IMG/VR virus record: IMGVR_UViG_3300047576_000104
Coordinates: 36,989 to 100,988 of that record
Origin: a virus
Lineage: Duplodnaviria > Caudoviricetes
Strand: one strand, 5' to 3'
DNA: 64,000 nucleotides
Under the pieces are notes generated by a model, which worked only from the letters and a program-made list of their open reading frames with translations, made no database searches and was not told the DNA's origin. The position numbers and the translations under genes were made by a program. Below are positions 1 through 10,385 of the stretch, piece after piece; positions within the stretch are counted from its first letter, which is position 1; every line of letters begins with the position of its first letter.

Positions 1-30
1 GCTACACCGCAGGCATACCGGCAGGCTCTG

Positions 31-402
31 ATGGATGTGCGTACGATACAGGATTCTCTTGAGGAATATGTCTCTCTGGCGATCGTGGTCAAGGGTACGT
101 TCAGCAGGGCCGCGTCGGCCGCGCAGACAGACTACGATGCGGCGTGGGCCATCGAGTCAGACCGGGACGGCAAGACGGCTGCCCGCCGGGACATGGAAGG
201 TCCGCGTGAGCGGTACGCACGGCATGATGTGAAGGTGTTCAGCCAGCTCCGTGAGTGGAGACAGGCTGAACAGCGCCTCTCTACGGCGCAGGAAGTGCTG
301 GATACTGTGTGGCTCAGGTACCGAGCCGTCAATGCGACCAGGGAAGACCTGCTGGCCATTCTCCGGACATATGCCCTAGAGAGTTCCCTGGACCGGACAT
401 GA
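31..402 (+). CDS. Hypothetical helical phage protein (probably 5'-truncated by window edge)
   Basis: ORF with phage-like codon usage; stop overlaps next start (ATGA at 399-402). Confidence 0.55.
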   Translation: MDVRTIQDSLEEYVSLAIVVKGTFSRAASAAQTDYDAAWAIESDRDGKTAARRDMEGPRERYARHDVKVFSQLREWRQAEQRLSTAQEVLDTVWLRYRAVNATREDLLAILRTYALESSLDRT

Positions 403-662
403 AATGCGCGACGTGCAAGCGCCAGATCCGCCGGGGCGTGGAGGAGCAGAAGCGGGTGGAGTACCGGCAGACTCCTGACGGGATCAAGATTTTCGGATAT
501 CAGATGCCGGCCGGCCCTTTGAACGAGGCGTACGGTCCGCTGGTTAAGGTCATTCACAGTGTTCACTACTGGGCTGAGGTCAAGGCGGAGCGGCGCGGCG
601 GGCCACATGCGGGCGGGGCCATTACTGCCCTGGAGCAGGACACGATAGAGGAAGAACTATGA
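399..662 (+). CDS. Hypothetical protein with N-terminal CxxC
   Basis: MKCATCKRQIRR...; ATGA coupling on both sides. Confidence 0.55.
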   Translation: MKCATCKRQIRRGVEEQKRVEYRQTPDGIKIFGYQMPAGPLNEAYGPLVKVIHSVHYWAEVKAERRGGPHAGGAITALEQDTIEEEL

Positions 663-823
663 AGATTTCACTGATCATTGCTGACATGCAGCGGATGTAC
701 GACGAGTACGGCGACGTTGAGGGGGAGATGGCTGACACGCTGGACATGGACATGTTCCAGACGATCACGGATGTCAAGTTTGATCAGGATCGCGGCCGGG
801 TCCAGGTCATCTCTGAGCGGTAG
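659..823 (+). CDS. Small acidic hypothetical protein (54 aa)
   Basis: Read by eye: MKISLIIADMQRMYDEYGDV...ISER*; coupled to upstream stop, GAGGA upstream. Confidence 0.5.
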   Translation: MKISLIIADMQRMYDEYGDVEGEMADTLDMDMFQTITDVKFDQDRGRVQVISER

Positions 824-913
824 CTCAGCGGCTGAATGTCAGCTCCGCGCGGTAGCATACTCATACGTGCCTACCCAACCCGGCACCCAGAAAATTAAGA
901 AATCAGGTAGATC

Positions 914-2428
914 ATGCCTCAGGCAGATTTCACAGGCGAGTACAGCTCCAACGGCAACCGCAGCACCTACCCGAAGCTGAAGCTTCAGACCAATGAGCGC
1001 GCCCGCGTGTGCGTCATCACCAAGCCTCACGTTGAGTACCTTCACTGGCTCGAAGCCCCCAAGATCGTCAACATGTCACCGGTCTACAAGAAAATCACGG
1101 ATCGCGATCAGAACGTGCAGTGGGTGCCGGAGACGCGGATGGTGGACCGGGCCATCTGCCCAGGCACGTTTGAGACCTTGCGTGAGCGCGGGGTGGATGA
1201 GGCGCACTGTGATGCGTGCCGTATGGCACGCGAGCGTCCGGACATCTTCAGGCCGCCTAACACCAGGTACGCGTCAACTATCATCCGGTACAGCCTGCGG
1301 CCCAACGGCGGGTGGAACGATCTCACTGTCCCGTTCAGCATGGGTGCCCTGGTGTGGGCTTTCAGCGGCAAGGTCTTCGACAAGCTGAGGAACATCCAGA
1401 CCATGGGTCCGGGGTACGAGGACATCCGCGCGGTGGACCTGTGCCTTGAGTGCACGGACCAGAACTTCCAGAAGCCGTACAGCCAGGGAGAATTCCAGGC
1501 CCTGACTCCGGCCGTCTGGATGCTGAACGATCAGATGCGCGATTACACGGTCAAGTTCCTGGAGCAAAACCAGGCTGCTGAGGCAGACCTTCTTGACGCG
1601 ATCGGGAAGAGGCTCAAGCCTGACTGGATGGCCGATGATCTCCTTCGGATCACCCAGGCGTGGGATGTGGTGCGTGCTCACGAGGCACGGCAGCAGGGCG
1701 GTGCTCCCCAGCTCGGGCAGGGCTTCGGTGCTGAGTCCTTCGGTCAGGGCATGCAGAATCTCCAGCAGCAGTTCGGCCAGGGTGGTGGTCAGCCTAACCC
1801 CACTCCGCCTGGTGGCGGCTGGCAGCCACAGCAGGCACAGGGGTCAAACGGTGCTCCTCAGCCTGGTATGGGCGGAGGCGGTGGCGGCTGGCAGCCCGGT
1901 CCCGCCCAGTCCGCTGGCGTGGACATGAGCTTGCTCAACGGGCAGCGGCTTCAGCAGTCGGTTCCCCCGCCTCCGGCTCCTACAGGGCTTGAAGGCATTG
2001 AGCAGTTCCGGCAGCCGAATCCCACGCCTCCGGGGCCTATCACCAATATGCCAGCTGAAGCCTCGCAGAGGGCAGATGCCCTGTACGAGGCAGCTCAGCA
2101 GGCTCCTCCTCAGAGAGAGCAGACACCGTTCACGCAGCTTGCCGCCGCTGAGCTGGCACAGAATCCGATCCCGAACCCGGTGGCTGATGCCTTTACGCAG
2201 TTCCAGGCCCAGCAGGCCGCTCCGGCTCCGCAGCCTAGTCAGCAGGGGCAGGGCCCTGTGCCTGATGGCCTGAGCGGGCTCACGGAGTTCATGGCCAGTC
2301 AGACAAGTAATCCGACGCTGACCCCGCTGCCCGCTGCCACGCCATCGTCAGGAGCAGCTCAGGCAGCTCCTGCGGAGGCCAAGCGTTACTCGTTCGAGGA
2401 TCTCAAGCAGCTGGCAGACGGTAAATAG
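914..2428 (+). CDS. Putative single-stranded DNA-binding protein (gp32-like) with long Q/G/P-rich tail
   Basis: ~255-aa globular N-domain with H/C...CxxC Zn ligands (HW...CPG...CDAC), then ~250 aa low-complexity; neighbour of recA. Confidence 0.55.
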   Translation: MPQADFTGEYSSNGNRSTYPKLKLQTNERARVCVITKPHVEYLHWLEAPKIVNMSPVYKKITDRDQNVQWVPETRMVDRAICPGTFETLRERGVDEAHCDACRMARERPDIFRPPNTRYASTIIRYSLRPNGGWNDLTVPFSMGALVWAFSGKVFDKLRNIQTMGPGYEDIRAVDLCLECTDQNFQKPYSQGEFQALTPAVWMLNDQMRDYTVKFLEQNQAAEADLLDAIGKRLKPDWMADDLLRITQAWDVVRAHEARQQGGAPQLGQGFGAESFGQGMQNLQQQFGQGGGQPNPTPPGGGWQPQQAQGSNGAPQPGMGGGGGGWQPGPAQSAGVDMSLLNGQRLQQSVPPPPAPTGLEGIEQFRQPNPTPPGPITNMPAEASQRADALYEAAQQAPPQREQTPFTQLAAAELAQNPIPNPVADAFTQFQAQQAAPAPQPSQQGQGPVPDGLSGLTEFMASQTSNPTLTPLPAATPSSGAAQAAPAEAKRYSFEDLKQLADGK

Positions 2429-2432
2429 TCCG

Positions 2433-3002
2433 ATGCCTCAGTATGATGCTGCCCAGATGCAGCACATGCATGCGGCTCAGGCAGAGAAGCTGGCGGCCAC
2501 TGTGCTTGTGTGCCCACAGTGCAAGAAGGAGTTTTCACCACGAGGCACAAGGCAGAAGTTCTGTACTACTCTCTGTGGTCAGACGTTTCGCACGAAGGAT
2601 AGGCAAGCGTATAAAAAGGATTATTATCGAGCGCATCGCAAGGAGTTGCTGGTAGCTGCTCGCGATTCTGCTATTCGAGCAAAGGGAATTACACCTGAGT
2701 TTTATCGTGCGCAGGTAAAACAGTTGGGTCATCGGTGTATGATTTGTGGTCGTAAGACGAGGAAAGATCCGGCTATCGATCATGATCATTCGTGCTGTCC
2801 TGGTAAGAAGAGCTGTGGTCGGTGTGTTCGTGGACTTCTGTGCAGTGACTGTAACAGGCGTATCTTGGGCGGTGTTTGCCAGGAGACGACGAAGGGCACG
2901 GAGCACGCCATCATTGTCTTGTTGCGGGCAGTGGATTATCTTCGGCGTGAGCTACCTGAACAGCAGGTATGGAAGGAGCAAGGTGGGACATCAGATCATT
3001 AA
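2433..3002 (+). CDS. Endonuclease VII-family (HNH) endonuclease
   Basis: CMICG...IDHDHSCC...CVRGLLCSDCN motif; T-rich codon usage unlike neighbours. Confidence 0.85.
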   Translation: MPQYDAAQMQHMHAAQAEKLAATVLVCPQCKKEFSPRGTRQKFCTTLCGQTFRTKDRQAYKKDYYRAHRKELLVAARDSAIRAKGITPEFYRAQVKQLGHRCMICGRKTRKDPAIDHDHSCCPGKKSCGRCVRGLLCSDCNRRILGGVCQETTKGTEHAIIVLLRAVDYLRRELPEQQVWKEQGGTSDH

Positions 3003-3375
3003 GCAGCCTGATGGCCGGTTGGCCATCTACAGTGACGGCGTGGATAACGGCTGTTGGCTCCGCTGGGACATGAGCGAGGAAGACGTGGTGGAGTATTACG
3101 CCGAGCGGGCGGCTAAGAGCGCCAGGGAGAGCGCACGGAGGACCGTGAGGCATGTTGTGCAGGATGAGCCACGCAAAGCGTACTACCAGTTCACCATGAC
3201 GTTCGCGGAGGCCAATGCGCACAACAAGGTCTGGCATGGAGATCAAGGTCCGGAAGGTCCGGTGGATGAGAAGACATACTGGGAGGAGACTCATCCAGAG
3301 CCAGGGGTCGTGCTGGGCAGGGACAGGATGGACAATCACCTGATCTTTGGGGCAGGGGAAGACGATGCCAGCTAA
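2983..3375 (+). CDS. Hypothetical protein
   Basis: GTG start after AAGGAG; [17 protein letters not shown]... Confidence 0.6.
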   Translation: MGHQIIKQPDGRLAIYSDGVDNGCWLRWDMSEEDVVEYYAERAAKSARESARRTVRHVVQDEPRKAYYQFTMTFAEANAHNKVWHGDQGPEGPVDEKTYWEETHPEPGVVLGRDRMDNHLIFGAGEDDAS

Positions 3376-4495
3376 GGCCAAGCAGTCACTTCCCGAAGAT
3401 CCTGTACAGGCCCTGCTTGCTGAGGTCAACACGAAGTTCGGTGCCGGCACCCTGATGGAGATGGGCTCGGCTCCAATCGTCCCGGTGGAGGTGATCCCAT
3501 CAGGATCGATCGCCTTGGACAACGCACTTGGCATCAGCGGATTGCCGCGAGGCCGCGTGGTGGAAATCTTCGGGCCGGAGGGTACAGGTAAGACCACTCT
3601 GGCTCTTCATGCCATCGCCAGTGTGCAGCGCAACGGCGGTCACGCGGTGATGATCGACGCTGAGCACGCGCTTGATCTTGAGTACGCACATAACCTGGGC
3701 GTGGACACGGAGCATCTGCTACTGGACCAGCCGGACACAGGGGAGCAGGCCCTGGAAGTAGCGGACATGGTGATCCGGTCAGGGGTCATTGACCTCGTGG
3801 TGATCGACTCCGTGTCAGCACTGGTGCCTAAGGCTGAGATCGAGGGGATGATGGGGGATTTCCAGATCGGTGCCCAGGCCCGGCTTATGTCACAGGCGCT
3901 GCGCAAGATCACCCCGGCACTCAGCGGCACTCGGACCACAGTCATCTTCATCAACCAGCTGCGCGAGAAAGTTGGTATCGTCTTCGGCAACCCGGAGGTC
4001 ACGAGCGGTGGCAAGGCCCTTAAGTTCTACGCTTCGGTACGACTGGATATTCGCAAGAAGGACACCCTCAAAGAGGGCGTTACTGCAGTCGGGCATACCA
4101 TCAAGATTAAGGTAGTGAAGAACAAGCTAGCCCCTCCATTCCGCGAGTGCTTCGCGGACATCATCTACGGTAAGGGGATCAGCCGGGAGGCTGAGATCGT
4201 GTCTCTTGGCGTGGATTACGGGGTCATCGCGAAGTCCGGTGCCTGGTATACCTTCGGTGGAGAGCAGCTGGGGCAAGGCAAGGAAAAGTGCCGGCTAAGG
4301 CTGGAGGCTGAGCCGGAGCTGGCCAGTTCGCTGGAGAAGCTGGTCAGGGAACGGATGAGGGCAGCTCCGGCGACTGCCCGCCCTGTGCTAGTGCCGTCTT
4401 CGACGCTTGACCCGGCATCACTACTAGGCCCAGGATCTCTCGCAGACCTGGCATCACAAGAACCACTAGGAGGGAACGATCCAGATGTCCAATGA
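3365..4495 (+). CDS. recA: Recombinase RecA
   Basis: [65 protein letters not shown]. Confidence 0.97.
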   Translation: MPAKAKQSLPEDPVQALLAEVNTKFGAGTLMEMGSAPIVPVEVIPSGSIALDNALGISGLPRGRVVEIFGPEGTGKTTLALHAIASVQRNGGHAVMIDAEHALDLEYAHNLGVDTEHLLLDQPDTGEQALEVADMVIRSGVIDLVVIDSVSALVPKAEIEGMMGDFQIGAQARLMSQALRKITPALSGTRTTVIFINQLREKVGIVFGNPEVTSGGKALKFYASVRLDIRKKDTLKEGVTAVGHTIKIKVVKNKLAPPFRECFADIIYGKGISREAEIVSLGVDYGVIAKSGAWYTFGGEQLGQGKEKCRLRLEAEPELASSLEKLVRERMRAAPATARPVLVPSSTLDPASLLGPGSLADLASQEPLGGNDPDVQ

Positions 4496-5630
4496 CATTC
4501 TTGACCCGTCGATCGAGGAGATGCGGCCACGGCTGCTGACACTGGATCAGGCACGGGAGAAGCTGGCCAAGACCGAGCCGCTGAACGAGATGAAGTTCGA
4601 GGCGGGGGAGGCCGTTAACTTCATCTTGCCTGAGGATTGGGTCGATCGCGCAGATGAGCTGGACGGCATGGCCGATACGGGCGGCATCGTGACTCTGGCC
4701 AGCGGGCAGGAGTACCGGCTCACTAAGGATGCCCTGCTGGAGGCGGGAGCTAAGGTCGGCATTCCGCGCAAGCTGCAGGAGCGTACGCCGGCACCTCTGC
4801 TGGAGTCGTGGCTCAACTGGTGGTTCAAGGGCAACAGCGGCTGGGAGGGCAAGTCATTCAAGTCGTTCGTCAGCGGCGCGGACGGCTCGTCAGTGGCACC
4901 GCTGGTCATCGCGTTCGGATCCGGCACCATCCAGCCGTTCTCCAACCTGCAGATCCTGGATCAGCTCGTCGCCGGGGTCAAGCGGTTCTACAAGGCAGAT
5001 GAGCAGGATCTGCTGGTGGACTACAAGTTCGTGCACTCGCTGGAGCTGACCCAGGCCAGGATCGTTGTTCCCGGTGTCGTCCGGAACATCACCGGCCCCG
5101 GTACGGCACAGCCATCCGATCTGTGGAGCACGGGCATCACGTTCCGCAATAGCCAGCTCGGGCTCAAGCCGACCAGCCTGGACGGCTACCTGTTCCGGTG
5201 GCGCTGTTCCAACGGCATGACCGACTCCCTGGTCACCAGCGGGAAGTACAGTCGCAGGGACGGGGCTGACGGGGACGTGTACTCGTGGGCCAGGGATTCG
5301 GTGGATGAGATCCTTGGTGGCCTGGAGCATGCCCTTGACGGCGTGAGCGCCACTACGCAGATCCCGGTGGAGCAGGATGTCGGCCTGGTGCTGGATGACC
5401 TGTTCCGGCAGCACAAGGTCCCTGGCAGCCTGCAGCGGTCGGTGGTCCGGAACATGGCCGAGGTCGGCGGGGACCTGTCCATGTACACGATCCTGAACGC
5501 CATTACGCAGGTCGCCAACGACCCGGAACTTAGCCCGGATTCGGTGGGCAAGCTGATGCAGACCGGTGGCCACGTGGCGCATAGCGCCGAGATGCGCTGC
5601 GAGGCGTGCAGGAGGATCAAGCCAGAATGA
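4485..5630 (+). CDS. DUF932-like protein
   Basis: ITFRNSQLG...LFRWRCSNG motif and C-terminal '[13 protein letters not shown]' typical of DUF932/DUF945 proteins. Confidence 0.6.
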   Translation: MSNDILDPSIEEMRPRLLTLDQAREKLAKTEPLNEMKFEAGEAVNFILPEDWVDRADELDGMADTGGIVTLASGQEYRLTKDALLEAGAKVGIPRKLQERTPAPLLESWLNWWFKGNSGWEGKSFKSFVSGADGSSVAPLVIAFGSGTIQPFSNLQILDQLVAGVKRFYKADEQDLLVDYKFVHSLELTQARIVVPGVVRNITGPGTAQPSDLWSTGITFRNSQLGLKPTSLDGYLFRWRCSNGMTDSLVTSGKYSRRDGADGDVYSWARDSVDEILGGLEHALDGVSATTQIPVEQDVGLVLDDLFRQHKVPGSLQRSVVRNMAEVGGDLSMYTILNAITQVANDPELSPDSVGKLMQTGGHVAHSAEMRCEACRRIKPE

Positions 5631-5806
5631 CGAGAAATCGGATAGCCCTGCGTAAGGCTGCACGGAAGCTCAGGGTACGGCGGATGTTCAGTCCCTTTAC
5701 CGGCTCAGTGTGCTCTCGGTGCGGGAGTTATGCGCGCATGGTCAGGCTCGGAGGCCATCGAGAAACTCAGGTCATCTGCAACAATGACAACCGGCACCGG
5801 AGATAG
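5627..5806 (+). CDS. Small basic protein with CxxC
   Basis: ATGA coupling; CSRCG. Confidence 0.45.
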   Translation: MTRNRIALRKAARKLRVRRMFSPFTGSVCSRCGSYARMVRLGGHRETQVICNNDNRHRR

Positions 5807-5808
5807 AT

Positions 5809-6081
5809 ATGAGCCTAACTCCTCCTGATATGCAGTACTTTGATCACGATGACATTTGGACTAAGCCACTTGGTCTTGTGGCTGCTGATGTGGTGTCGTG
5901 TGGCGGAGGTGCTGGCGGAATCGGCGCTGCCGGGGAGGATGGTGCCCTGGCCGTGCGACGGTATCTGGCTGATGAGCTGCCTGACAAAGTGCAGGTCACT
6001 ATTGGCAAGGGAGGCAGGCCAGGCGGCCGGAACGGCTATGTGCTGATTGTCTCTCACAGGGCAGGGGAGGAAGTTTCGTAG
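5809..6081 (+). CDS. Hypothetical Gly-rich protein
   Basis: ORF with GGAG RBS, GGGAGG/GKGG motifs. Confidence 0.45.
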   Translation: MSLTPPDMQYFDHDDIWTKPLGLVAADVVSCGGGAGGIGAAGEDGALAVRRYLADELPDKVQVTIGKGGRPGGRNGYVLIVSHRAGEEVS

Positions 6082-6243
6082 TGGGCGCGCTCCACTCCAC
6101 TCGTTTCTGGACGAAGATGTCTGACTCCCCTGTTGGGTTCCTGCTGGGCGAGAGTGACGACGGCATGCCGACGGTGACCATTCGGGTAGGACGAGTGTGC
6201 GTGCGAGTCGGGGCTGAGGCGTGGATCGGGAAGGAGCAGGGGC

Positions 6244-6429
6244 TTGATCCTTCCTGGGCTAGTCGACTGCCTGAAGTGTGGCACCACGTTCGAGGCAGTG
6301 TGGGAAGACGATGCGGATACGTTGCAAGACATGGATGAGGCTCCGGTACAGGAGCAGGTCTGCCCGGCCTGCGGTACTACTCAGCAGGAGATCTATCCTG
6401 GTTGGTGTAATCGCACGGAAGCTGGCTAG
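6244..6429 (+). CDS. Zn-ribbon protein
   Basis: CLKC...CPAC, AAGGAG upstream; abuts sbcC-N. Confidence 0.5.
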   Translation: MILPGLVDCLKCGTTFEAVWEDDADTLQDMDEAPVQEQVCPACGTTQQEIYPGWCNRTEAG

Positions 6430-7462
6430 ATGATACGTGAGATAGAAGTTACTAATTTCCAGTCACTAAAGCATCTTCAGGTCAAGCTCGGCAGGTTCAC
6501 GGTGATTACCGGTCGCACTGGGGCTGGCAAGTCAGGGCTCATCCGGGCCCTCAAGGCTTTGGTGTTCAACGCTCGTGGAACGAGCTATATTACGCGCGGT
6601 GAGAAGCAGTGCTCTATCTCCATGACCGGAGGGAGCGAGACAGCTAAGCATGAGTGCGATGTTGACGGCTCATGCGATGTATGCAAGGTCTATGGCCTGT
6701 GCTCGCGGTGCGGATGTCCTGAGCACAGCATGTGGCAGGCCACCATTCAGCGTGGCACCAAAGATCAGTACCAGCTCGCGGTGGGGATAGCTCAGAAGAC
6801 GTACACCAAGCTGGCCGGCAAGGTCCCGGAGGCTGTTTCCGATACGCTTCGTCTCGGTGAGATCAATTTCGCTGCGCAGTTCGACAAGCCGTACCTGCTG
6901 GACTCCACGGGCGGGGACGTGGCCAGGGTACTCGGCAAGCTCACCAACGTCACCGTGCTGTTCCGAGCAGCGCAGGAGGCGAACCGGCGTAGGCTCCAGG
7001 TGTCTGGCGAGTTGAAGACCCGGCAGGCTGACCTGGCTTCTCTGGTGGAGCAGATCCAGCAGTACGCTACGCTGCCGGCCGAGCAGGCTGCCGTGGAGGA
7101 TGCTGAGACGAGGATGACTCACCTGCATCTCTTGTACGGGAAGCAGGAGAGACTAAGTTCTCTGACCACTGCCCTGGAGCTGGCGCAGGCAAGGCTGGGC
7201 CTCATCAGACCGGTGCCCGAGCCTCCGTCGCTGGACCGGCTGGCGGATGCTGATCGAGCAGCATATCTGGATATCGCAACTGATGAGATCTCTTCAGCAG
7301 AGGGAGGCGGACCTGGTTAACGCTCGCTGGCGTGAAGATGGCTGCGTACGAGAGGTATCAGATGCTGAGCAGGAGCTAGCCGGGTATGTTAGCCAGTGGG
7401 GTATCTGCGAGACTTGCGGGCAGCCAGTTCAGAAGAAGCATGCGCATCAGGGAGAGAAATGA
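6430..7462 (+). CDS. sbcC: Rad50/SbcC N-terminal half (Walker A, Q-loop, coiled coil, zinc hook); one frameshift near 7246
   Basis: MIREIEVTNFQS...GRTGAGKS; AAQFD; coiled coil continues in ORF 7247-7462 ending CETCGQPV (Zn hook). Confidence 0.85.
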
Positions 7463-8484
7463 CAACCTACCAGGCCCAGAATGGCCGATCACCAAGCGGT
7501 TATTATGACGAGAACATTCTAAACATGGCTAGGTTCCTTATGGCCAACGGCTATTCGCGGATAGGCGCGTCCGGTATCGCCGGTTGTGTTGCCGGTGAGT
7601 CTGGCGGCGACCCAGAGAGTATGGAGATACCAGAAGATGCTCCAGGCACCGGCAGTGGTGGTGGAGGACTCATCCAGTGGACGCCCATCAGCGCGTACCC
7701 TGGCCTCGTCACCGGGAACCCCACAGCGGACCTGAACAACCAGTTCGAGGCGATCCTCCGGTTCAACAACAACAGCGGCAGCTCGATCTCCCAGCTGAAT
7801 GCTCAGCCTAGCCCGGTTGCTGCGGCCGACTTCTACTCCCAGTTCTTCGAGAGGCCGCTCAACACCAACTCTGACGTGCGAGCGTCGGTTGCCAATAGCG
7901 TGTACGCAGCACTTGGAGGCCCGCCCCCACCCCCTCCGAACCCGTGGCCGCTGAAGCAGGGCGATAGCGGTTCGGACGTTGTGACGCTTCAGGAAAACCT
8001 GAACAAGTGGAAGTGCGCTACCCCGCCGCTGACTAAGCCATATGACGGGTCGTTCGGACCGCTGACGAAGGCCGCTGTTCAGACGGCGCTCAGGTACTGG
8101 GGCTACAATGCAGCGGATGTGGCAGGTGCTGTTGTAGGTGAGTCGCTGTGGAATCACCTGAAAGGCACGCCTCCTCCGCCAGTGGCTAAGGGCACGTATC
8201 CGACGCCTATCGGACTGAAGGCCGTTACAGGTGCCACTACCGTAGATCTTTCCTGGTACGCCGTGCCCAAGGCTTCCGGTTATCAGGTCGTTGTCTACAA
8301 TGACCCGCCAGTCCTGGACGCGGAGAAGCACTGGACGCCTATCCGGAATGACAAGGTGCTTGGAGCCAAGGCGGATATCACTGGCCTGGCGAGAGGAAAG
8401 AGTTACCAGGCTCATGTTTGGGCGCTCGGGTCGCCGGTCAGCAGTGAGCACAACTACGCTACCGTGAAGTTCAGGACCGGGTGA
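7459..8484 (+). CDS. Endolysin: phage-tail-lysozyme-like catalytic domain + PG-binding domain + FN3 domain
   Basis: GIAGCVAGESG...GGGLIQWT; LKQGDSGSDVVTLQ...DGSFGPLTKAAV; C-terminal FN3-like LSWYAVPKASGYQV. Confidence 0.8.
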   Translation: MTTYQAQNGRSPSGYYDENILNMARFLMANGYSRIGASGIAGCVAGESGGDPESMEIPEDAPGTGSGGGGLIQWTPISAYPGLVTGNPTADLNNQFEAILRFNNNSGSSISQLNAQPSPVAAADFYSQFFERPLNTNSDVRASVANSVYAALGGPPPPPPNPWPLKQGDSGSDVVTLQENLNKWKCATPPLTKPYDGSFGPLTKAAVQTALRYWGYNAADVAGAVVGESLWNHLKGTPPPPVAKGTYPTPIGLKAVTGATTVDLSWYAVPKASGYQVVVYNDPPVLDAEKHWTPIRNDKVLGAKADITGLARGKSYQAHVWALGSPVSSEHNYATVKFRTG

Positions 8485-8485
8485 C

Positions 8486-8617
8486 ATGGAAGAGGTTCCT
8501 GTAGTGGACGGTGGTGATGAAGTTCCTGTACGGATACTTGTGTGCGAGCCTTACGCAAATGGCCAGGGTTGGTGGCACGTACCGTTCTGTGTCCATATCA
8601 ATTGGAGCGATTGGTGA
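8486..8617 (+). CDS. Small hypothetical protein (43 aa)
   Basis: MEEVPVVDGG...WSDW*, GTGA coupling to sbcD. Confidence 0.35.
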   Translation: MEEVPVVDGGDEVPVRILVCEPYANGQGWWHVPFCVHINWSDW

Positions 8618-9576
8618 AGGCGCTACTGCTCAGTGATATCCATCTGTCGGACAGGCCACCATCCAGTTGCACTGAGTCCTACATGGAGGATCTGCTCAAG
8701 CTGCTAGGCGAGACGGTGGCCGTGGCGGAGGAGTACAAGGTAGATGCCGTGGTGTGGGCCGGGGACGTCTTCAACAGCAAGGCTCCGGCCCGGAACAGTC
8801 ACTGGCTGGTACAGCAGGTCACCGGGGTTCTTCTCGCCTATCAGCGGCCTTGCTACATCGTGCCGGGCAATCATGACGTTCAGCACGATGACCTCTCCAG
8901 CATCTGGAAGACGCAGCCGCTCGGCGTGCTGTTCCGGACTGGCGTGGCTAAGCCGCTGATCGGGCAGTGCCGGGAGTTCGCTCAGTTGTACGGAGTCCCA
9001 TGGCAGCAGGAGTGGTCTAACGAGAGCGTGGGCGAGGCACTGCGCGTCTGGCGGGAGGAGTGGACTCAGACGAGGCGCGGTGGCCTGGTTGTGGCGCACG
9101 CTCCGCTCTATCCTCCGGGCTTGGAGCTGCCGTATGAGTACTATGACACGGTGATGTGGGCGGCTGCCATGGGGCATCAGGGTTCCTGTTTCTACGGACA
9201 TGTGCACGAGTATCACGGCTCTTACGACGTTGCCGGAGTCAAGTTCTGCAACAACGGTGCGCTGAGCCGTGGATCGTTGCACGAGCATAACTTGACCCGG
9301 CAGGTGATGTGCACTATCTGGGATAGCGCTGATGCTAGCTTCACCGAGGTACCGCTGCACGCCAAGCCGGCGTCGGAGGTGTTCCGGCTCCGTGAGAAAC
9401 AGGAGGTTGTCGACTCCGCACTCAAGCTGGACGAGTTCCTGTCCGGGGTCGGGAGCACGCAGTTCGATGTGCTGTCGGTGGAGTCTGTGCTCGCGCATGT
9501 CCGTGGGCTTGGTGTTGGCAAGGACGTTGAGGATGAAGTAGCCGAGCTGCTGGACTGGAGCAGTCACCAGACATGA
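8614..9576 (+). CDS. sbcD: Mre11/SbcD metallophosphoesterase nuclease
   Basis: SDIHL, AGDVF, PGNHD, AHAP, GHVH, NNGALSRGS motifs. Confidence 0.9.
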   Translation: MKALLLSDIHLSDRPPSSCTESYMEDLLKLLGETVAVAEEYKVDAVVWAGDVFNSKAPARNSHWLVQQVTGVLLAYQRPCYIVPGNHDVQHDDLSSIWKTQPLGVLFRTGVAKPLIGQCREFAQLYGVPWQQEWSNESVGEALRVWREEWTQTRRGGLVVAHAPLYPPGLELPYEYYDTVMWAAAMGHQGSCFYGHVHEYHGSYDVAGVKFCNNGALSRGSLHEHNLTRQVMCTIWDSADASFTEVPLHAKPASEVFRLREKQEVVDSALKLDEFLSGVGSTQFDVLSVESVLAHVRGLGVGKDVEDEVAELLDWSSHQT

Positions 9577-9866
9577 GCTGGCGGCGGAGAAGAGATGGTT
9601 ATGACCCTCCTCGGGACGTGCGTATAATACGGCCAGGTCTGCCTGACGTTAAGTGCGGTGTTTTGCGTGATCTGAGTGGGGATAAGAAGGGCGACGCTGC
9701 TTGGGTTGCAGTACCTATTGAGCCTGTTATGTTCAGGGTAGGCATAGATAAGATAGAGATAGGATATGTCCCTGCTCACTCTATAATTTCTCTAGAGATG
9801 CCTGTGGATTCTGATGAGTCATTACGGCAAAGAGACTGGACTGGTCGGCGCATCAAACATGACTGA
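9573..9866 (+). CDS. Hypothetical protein
   Basis: Coupled ORF. Confidence 0.5.
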   Translation: MSWRRRRDGYDPPRDVRIIRPGLPDVKCGVLRDLSGDKKGDAAWVAVPIEPVMFRVGIDKIEIGYVPAHSIISLEMPVDSDESLRQRDWTGRRIKHD

Positions 9867-10350
9867 TGTAATCGGGTTTGATCTGGATTCCACTATCTGC
9901 AATACGGAGCAGCGTCAGTGGATGGTGCCTAAGATCAAGGCAGGGGAGGCTTCCTGGGCTGACTATAGTATGGCTAGCGCGGATGATGTTCCAGTAGATG
10001 GCGTGGTTAGGCTGCTTCTGGCTCTCCACGATCACTATCTGATCTTTATCATGTCTGGTCGTTCGGAGAAGGCGCGTCAGATTTCTGAGCACTGGCTGGA
10101 GAAGCATGGAATTCCGTATGACAGACTGCTACTGAAGCCAGAGGGGGAGGACACAGAGAACGGCCTTCTTAAGGTCCAGTGGATTAAGCAACTGGAGGCC
10201 GAAGGGTTTCATTTTCGGCTGTATGTTGAGGATTGGCCGGCGACTGCTGATGTTATTCGCGGCGGGGCTCATATTCCGGTGCTTGTCGTTAATCCATGTT
10301 ACGAGGCGGAGCTGGCGGCGGCTAAGGCTATACGGGCAGGTAATGTCTGA
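9859..10350 (+). CDS. HAD-family phosphatase (polynucleotide kinase 3'-phosphatase-like)
   Basis: FDLDSTI (DxD), MSGR, K, YVEDW. Confidence 0.8.
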   Translation: MTDVIGFDLDSTICNTEQRQWMVPKIKAGEASWADYSMASADDVPVDGVVRLLLALHDHYLIFIMSGRSEKARQISEHWLEKHGIPYDRLLLKPEGEDTENGLLKVQWIKQLEAEGFHFRLYVEDWPATADVIRGGAHIPVLVVNPCYEAELAAAKAIRAGNV

Positions 10351-10385
10351 TGATCGACATGCTTTTCCGGAGGAGGTGATGCTAC

